Below are positions 8,885 to 14,381 of a stretch of 14,381 nucleotides of DNA, piece by piece. Source of the stretch: Azolla caroliniana (taxonomy: Eukaryota > Plantae > Polypodiophyta). Under the pieces are notes generated by a model. It searched no databases and had not been told where the DNA came from. It worked only from the letters and a program-made list of their open reading frames with translations. The translations under genes were made by a program, and so were the position numbers. Position 1 is the first letter of the stretch. Each line of letters starts with the position of its first letter. Location: assembly GCA_043228905.1 (NCBI GenBank), contig JBHGNT010000872.1, positions 1 to 14,381 of the forward strand, read 5' to 3'.

Positions 8885-9912
8885 ATGGCCACAAACCCTC
8901 GTAACCCTACTCACCCTAACCCTAACCCTAACCCTAACCCCGACCCTCCTTGCTCTCTTGAAGCTTTGTCTCTTCTCAACTGTGTCACTGACAAGCCGTA
9001 TGATCCCGAAAGATGCATTGCGCTTCTTTCTGTTCTTCGATCTTGCGTCGAGAAAAAGGTAGGTTCAATATATCATCGTCTTCCTCTACTTCTAAATTCC
9101 ATGCAACGTGCTTTTTGTGCTATTTCTCTTGCGGTTATCTACACATACTGATTGTATCATCACATGATAGGTTTAAGCGGTATTTTTTCTTCAAGAGTTA
9201 TGTATGTATATATATTCTGTTTAATCTGATAGAAATGATGGCTTGAGATCATGGTTGCTTTTTTATTCAGTTTTGGTAATCAAGCAATGGTGAGTTCCAG
9301 ATACCACACACATTATTAGTTCACACATTTCTTGCTTTTTCATCCAGTGTTTCTAAGCATGCCATGATTTTTAGGGTTTAGGCGTCATATACCAGTAGTT
9401 CTTATCAAAGTGATTGGTTCAGACAGTTACTGCCTTGTGAATTAGTAGTTCTTGGTATCTCATGGTCATTTACACATACTAGCGGATCTCAATAAAATGA
9501 TAGGTTAAGACAATTCGTGCCATTTTAGTAATTCATCGGAAGAGTGTCATGAGTTTTTAGGGGGTTTAGTGCTTAGGATTGCATATATCCGAGACTCATT
9601 AAAATGATGGGTAGGAATCTTCTTTCCTTTTGATTCAGTTTTTCCAAGCATCTTATACTAATTTTTATATACTATCATCTGATACAGACCATTCTTGACT
9701 TTCGGTTTAGTTTTTCTATATTCGTTGTGTGCATTTGCATGTACCGTGGGTATGATATAATGATAGCTTCCGACTGATCATGCCTTCCAATACGATTTTT
9801 CGCTCAACTTTCAATATGGTTTGGTCTTTTAATGCAGAACGTTATCAGGTTTTCACTAGCAAAAGAAGGGACAGGTTCATTACCTGCAACACAGCCAAGG
9901 ACATCTAATTGA
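8885..9912 (+). CDS. Small twin-CX9C (CHCH-like) protein, 82 aa, two exons (8885-9058 and 9838-9912); probable mitochondrial intermembrane-space protein
   Basis: Exon 1: MATNPRNPTHPNPNPNPNPDPP-C-SLEALSLLN-C-VTDKPYDPER-C-IALLSVLRS-C-VEKK, i.e. CX9C-X10-CX9C. Donor AAG|GTAGGT at 9058/9059; acceptor TTTTAATGCAG| at 9837/9838; phase 0. Exon 2: NVIRFSLAKEGTGSLPATQPRTSN*. A pyrimidine-rich 5' leader (8830-8884) precedes the ATG. It resembles a recalled small uncharacterised plant family (C..EAL.LLNCV...P.D.E.C..LL..LR.CV..K.V..FSL). Confidence 0.8.
8914..8940 (+). repeat. (CCCTAA)4CCC telomere-like hexamer tract encoding Pro-Asn repeats
   Basis: Direct reading; the minus strand is GGG(TTAGGG)4. 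Degenerate units flank it (8893-8913, 8941-8947). Confidence 0.9.
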
Positions 9913-10240
9913 GCCATGCACTTCATACAATATCTTCATGTAGAAAAAGAAAGACAAAGTGCTACTTTTGATATATTAATGCTTTTCATGTTGTATTCGG
10001 GGGAAGTTTGACATGACACAAATTGGATTGAAAGTTAGTTTGCATTTAAAATTTTTTATCTTGTTGTTTAAATTGGGATTTGCTCTTTATATTGAATCTG
10101 TAAATTCATACACAGTTTCATAAGCAAAAAGGTGCAAAAATGCATACGGGGAATGATGTTGAGTATTTATGCATATGCTCTTTCTCTCATGCATGGCTTT
10201 CATTTAGAGCCAGCTACTGGCTGTTTACATTAGGCAGTTA

Positions 10241-10340
10241 TGTTATGTATCTCTGCCTTGCATTTATCTTCGCATTGTATTGAATACCATGATTCATGTT
10301 TTGTATCTCCTCCTCCTAGCATTTATCTTCTCATTGTATT
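10241..10340 (+). repeat. Imperfect ~42-nt direct repeat, two copies
   Basis: tgttatgtatctctgccttgcatttatcttcgcattgtatt (10241-10281) vs tgttttgtatctcctcctcctagcatttatcttctcattgtatt (10297-10340). Confidence 0.75.
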
Positions 10341-11340
10341 CAGTCTTCTTTGACTGTAGTCTTGCTGTGAGTTATTGAGAATTGATGAGTGCATATTGTG
10401 ATAAGAGATCAGGGTTAGATCAAAGGATTTCTCACATAAATGGAGTTTATTAAAGATGATTTGTAAGCTACATATAATCTGAGAAGGAGAATTCAATAGT
10501 GATTGAGGTCATGATATGTCTAAAGCAAAATATAATATAGATACCATAAAGAAAAAGGCGTCTAGAAGGAATACCAAGTGTATGTTTTCAAGGCAAATGT
10601 CACCACACTTCATTTTCTCTCATCCTTTCAACAAGTCCCACAACTTTCAGCGTTGGGATGTTCTTATGAATGAGTATTTGAGGCACTTCATATATGGATA
10701 CAGGCATCAAGCTTTAACCATTCTAGCATTGTCCTATTATGAGACATATTAGTGCAGTTTTAGATCTACATTCCGATTCTCCTTGTTTTCAAGATCCATA
10801 GACGATATTTGTTCAATCGAGAATGTCAGGGGTTTGAGGTGGCAAAGGTGCATTTTGACATTTATAGAGCATTTTTACTACAATTTCGTAAGTGTTGCCA
10901 ATTTCCTTTTCGATCATCTTTGGGCTCTATTAATGTGTCATTTGAGACTTTACAAACTTTATTTGACATTTGGCAAGAAGAAACCATTTTAGGAATCATT
11001 ATATTGTTGTACAAACACATATTCATTGACACCTATGTTACAACAAAAAAAACTAAAGGCCATTTTTATAATGTCCTTGTATTTCAAAGTAGAAGAAGAC
11101 AAGAAAATGCCTAAAGTCTTTTGAATAAGTTGTGCAATAAATCCTCAAATAACATAAACAGGTATAAAGCATTAACATCACTCCTAAAACTTTACATCAC
11201 AGAAAACTTGAACAAAGTTTATGTAGACTTAACTCTAAATTTTGTGGTGTTTCTTTTCTCTCAAAATTCGACTCTTTACAACTTGCCAATTACGTTTCTT
11301 ATTGTTAATTGAGCTGGTTGTTAGGATCACCCACATTCTT

Positions 11341-11752
11341 AATTGTGGTTGTCATTAGGATCACCCACATCATGTGCTGAAACATTTACACATTGTCTAC
11401 TACTACTACTACTACGAGTCATGCTAATTGTAGTAAAGACACATACTAATGCTAGAACATGTAACGTTCTTTGAGAATATTTCCACTACACTTTCTTTGA
11501 GAATATTTCCACTCACAGGACTAAAAAACTTCATTTCCTTTGTGAACCAATTGTGGTTGTCATTGGGATCACCCACATCATGTGCTGAAACATTTTCACA
11601 TTGTCTACTACCACTACTACTACGAGTCATGTTAATTGTAGTAAAGACACATACTAATGATAGTACATGTAACATTCTTTGAGAATATTTCCACTACACT
11701 TATTGAGATTATTTCCACTCGCGGGACTAAAAAACTTAATTTCCTTTGTGAA
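11341..11752 (+). repeat. Tandem duplication with ~208-bp period (11341-11546 and 11549-11752) and internal sub-repeats
   Basis: Both units start AATTGTGGTTGTCATT(A/G)GGATCACCCACATCATGTGCTGAAACATTT and end TTTCCTTTGTGAA. Each contains a (CTA)n run and a doubled TTGAGA(A/T)TATTTCCACT. A partial third TTAGGATCACCCACAT lies at 11321-11336. Confidence 0.92.
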
Positions 11753-11975
11753 GCCTCTATAACATCTTCTTACCAGATATTGGGTTTCCTTGAAACTTTA
11801 ATGCTACACATCCTTACAATAAACATGTACAATGAACAATGGCAAGAACTTGAATAATTTTTTCACAAGAGTATGAAAGAATCTCTTAGCTTATTTGTTG
11901 CACAAAAAGTATAATTTATCCGACTTCAAGATCCAATCTTTTTCCATGTTTCCTCGTACCTTGCCCTTAATTCGT

Positions 11976-13997
11976 TCACTTCACTCTTGTATCCTCCTTG
12001 CCTGATCTTTCGTATAGTGTCTTATATACAATCCGAGTCCGGATAGACAAGATCACGGAAAGCACCACACCGATAACACACACAGCTGACATTATCAAGA
12101 AAGTCAAGCGGAAACACACTGCCCCAGTACATGTCGTGGATTCAGATGAAACGACCATGGAATAGAGTCCTACAGCATTTTGCTTTGCCGCTTCTCGGTC
12201 ATAAAGATAACCTGCAAGGATTCCAGAAAAGAACACTGATCCCACCGGATTTGCAAGAGTGTAGACATTGTAAAGCATGCCAAAGCTTTTCATCCCAAAG
12301 ATCTCTGAGACAATGGGTGGCACAATACCCCAGTGAGAACCATACCCTATTCCAATGAAAAGAGTTCCAACATATAATGTGCCTGGCCATGCCATAGCAA
12401 AAAGGAAATGACCAATCACCATTATGATTTGTGCGAACGCCAGAGCCCATGACCGAGGAAGTGAATACTTTCTGCAGAAGTAGAGCCAATCAACACAAGG
12501 AAACCATTACGTGATTATCTAATAAAACTTTATTAAAAATCTAAGAATACTTTATTGATTATCTGAGACACTTGATAGTGATCTAGGACACTTATGAACT
12601 GAATCCACAAAAATAAAGCATTGTCTCTTGATGTGATTATCTAAGACCTTGATTAATGATTTAAAACACGGTTGTTTAATCACCTAAAACAATTTTTACC
12701 AATGACCTAAGACACTTGAAAGATGATCAAGGACATTGATCAATAGTTAAACATTTGACAAGATATTTTTTGACTAGTTACCTAAGACATTATTAATGAT
12801 TTAAAACTCTTCAACTAACTACCCAAAACACGATGAACGAACTCAAACTTGACGTATGACCAAAAGACTGATTCATGGCGTAAATGCTAAACTGGAACGG
12901 TTTCCTTAAATAATTGACTAATTATCACAAGCAAAAGCTTGGATTGAGCACCTGGCAAGAATTTCTGACGCATAGCCTCCAATAAGACGGCCTAAGAAGT
13001 TCCAAATGCTCATCATAGAAACAAAGATGTTTGAATTGCTATATCCTTGAGATTGACTCATTTGCCCCATGTTATCAATGGCAGTCAAACCCGTAGCAGC
13101 TCCACATAACAAGGACCAAAAGAGCAACCAAAAGTCAGCCTTCACGAGGGCTTGAAGAAGAGTGAAATCTTCTCCTCGTCTCGGACCCTTCTTTTTCTTC
13201 ACTCTCACTGCCCCTTTTGCTGCCGCTAATATAATGCGATTTCGAATCTTGGTAATTTCATGCTCTTTTATGTCATCAGGGAGTAGCTCAATATTTACTG
13301 GTTTTTCATCCTCTAACTCGCTAAAATCAACCGATCCCGTAAAGCTCCCGGCTCGGCTTGAAGTTTCATTTCGATTTTGCCCTAAATCATTGCTTGTAAA
13401 ACCAACATCTGCCATTGGAATTTGCTCACTCAAAAGAGGAGTTACAACCTCCGTGTCCTCTCGAGGTGTCCTGACAAGTTGTGAACCAGTAATGATCTTA
13501 CTGTTCACAGGAACCTGGTTCTTTGTCCTTACATACCATGACACAAGAGGAGTGGCAAGGGGTAGCAATATAAGGAAGAGCAAGATTATAGTGATGGTTA
13601 AGCTCAACGAGAAACTTAATGTAACAAAGTCTTGCACGATCAAAACACCCATTAGATAGCTGGCCAAGACAAGGCAATCAGCATAGATGAATGTGAAACC
13701 AATAGATTCAGATCTTGTGCTATCTCCTGTCTTCACTCTGATTGGTCGGATAATGTACATAACAAAGACAGCCACCATAGTTGGGCCTACTGCAACAATG
13801 AAGAGAAAAGCAGCCTCATCTGGTGCAAAGAAAGTAGTGTATATTTGAGTAAAAATAGCTCCACAAAGTCCCGTAAATCCCTTCAGTAGCCCGACAACAT
13901 GGCCTCGACTCTTTGGAAAATTGCGAACATTTGTTACCAATGCAGCCGTGTTGAAATAGGTCTCTCCATTTGTGCCAATGAATGTAAGTATACAGAT
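11976..13997 (-). CDS. Nodulin-like / NFD4-like major facilitator superfamily transporter, 5'-partial: exons 13997-12952 and 12471-11976; the first exon(s) lie beyond the window
   Basis: Acceptor TTACGTAG|ATC at 13998/13997 gives ICILTFIGTNGETYFNTAALVTNVRNFPKSRGHVVGLLKGFTGLCGAIFTQIY. Family motifs GPRRGEDFTLLQALVKADFWLLF and IDNMGQM follow. Donor AG|GTGCTC at 12952/12951; acceptor CTGCAG|A at 12472/12471, continuing R-KYSLPRSWALAFAQIIMVIGH...GIGYGSHWGIVPPIVSEIFGMKSFGMLYN...CTGAVCF; stop at 11976-11978. Confidence 0.93.
12511..12890. repeat. Degenerate ~21-22-bp minisatellite filling most of the MFS intron
   Basis: Recurring unit approximating TGATTATCTAAGACACTTGAT. TGATTATCT at 12512, 12556 and 12634; CCTAAGACA at 12706 and 12781; exact ATTAATGATTTAAAAC at 12652 and 12792. 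Confidence 0.7.
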
Positions 13998-14381
13998 CTA
14001 CGTAAGGACAATAAGAGTAGAATAGATCAGCCAAGCATATGCAAGGATCCATGCATCTATAAGAAAGAAAGACAAAGAACTAGCTCCTGTAAATTGGCAC
14101 ATTAGGTTAAATGCCTTTATGGACCCTTTGCTACACTGAGACATCTCTACTATAACAAAGGTATATATCTAAATACACAGAATCTAATGACGAAGATGAC
14201 AGACAATGATGAAGCAGAAGAATTAGAAAATATCATGAGCTACATCCGAATTCGTTTAAGTGAGGTTTCGATGACAAAGCAAGATAAATCAAAACATAGG
14301 AATACAGATTTGATGTACAACGAAAAATAGTGATAATGAATACTCTTCAGATCCATAGAGACACACAAAGTGAATGATGAT

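Noticed and set aside
8810-9151. 113-aa unspliced ORF
   Set aside because: Non-ATG start and read-through into the intron; the spliced 8885-9058 + 9838-9912 model fits better.
10441-11312. Cluster of short + strand ORFs, possibly a decayed LINE 3' fragment
   Set aside because: No RT, RNase H or zinc-finger motif recognisable; would need a repeat-library search.
11341-12890. CRISPR-like reading of the repeats
   Set aside because: Eukaryotic context and no constant repeat with unique spacers; these are a tandem duplication and a degenerate minisatellite.
13162-14105. ORFs 13162-13659, 13816-14052 and 13899-14105
   Set aside because: Antisense or alternate-frame shadows of the MFS exon and its intron boundary.

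Overview
Eukaryotic (land-plant) nuclear DNA, most likely a fern or other seed-free plant, inferred from the KP-type C-terminus of the PPR protein. Left to right: a probable transposon-end remnant (~1-516); an intronless PLS-class PPR RNA-editing-factor gene whose KP-like deaminase domain is truncated (768-3398, +); a long fold-back hairpin (5103-5187); a stand-alone C/D-box snoRNA of the U34/SNORD34/snR62 type behind a telo-box/TATA promoter (5364-5444, +); an ELF4-like clock gene (6417->6031, -) with intact-looking light/clock promoter elements but two in-frame stops, TGA and TAG, each one C>T change from a sense codon; a two-exon 82-aa twin-CX9C microprotein gene absent as a spliced model from the ORF track (8885-9912, +) containing a (CCCTAA)4 tract; a ~208-bp tandem duplication; and the last two exons of a nodulin-like/NFD4-like MFS transporter (-), whose last intron is a degenerate ~21-bp minisatellite. 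All homology calls are from recalled family motifs; no searches were run.
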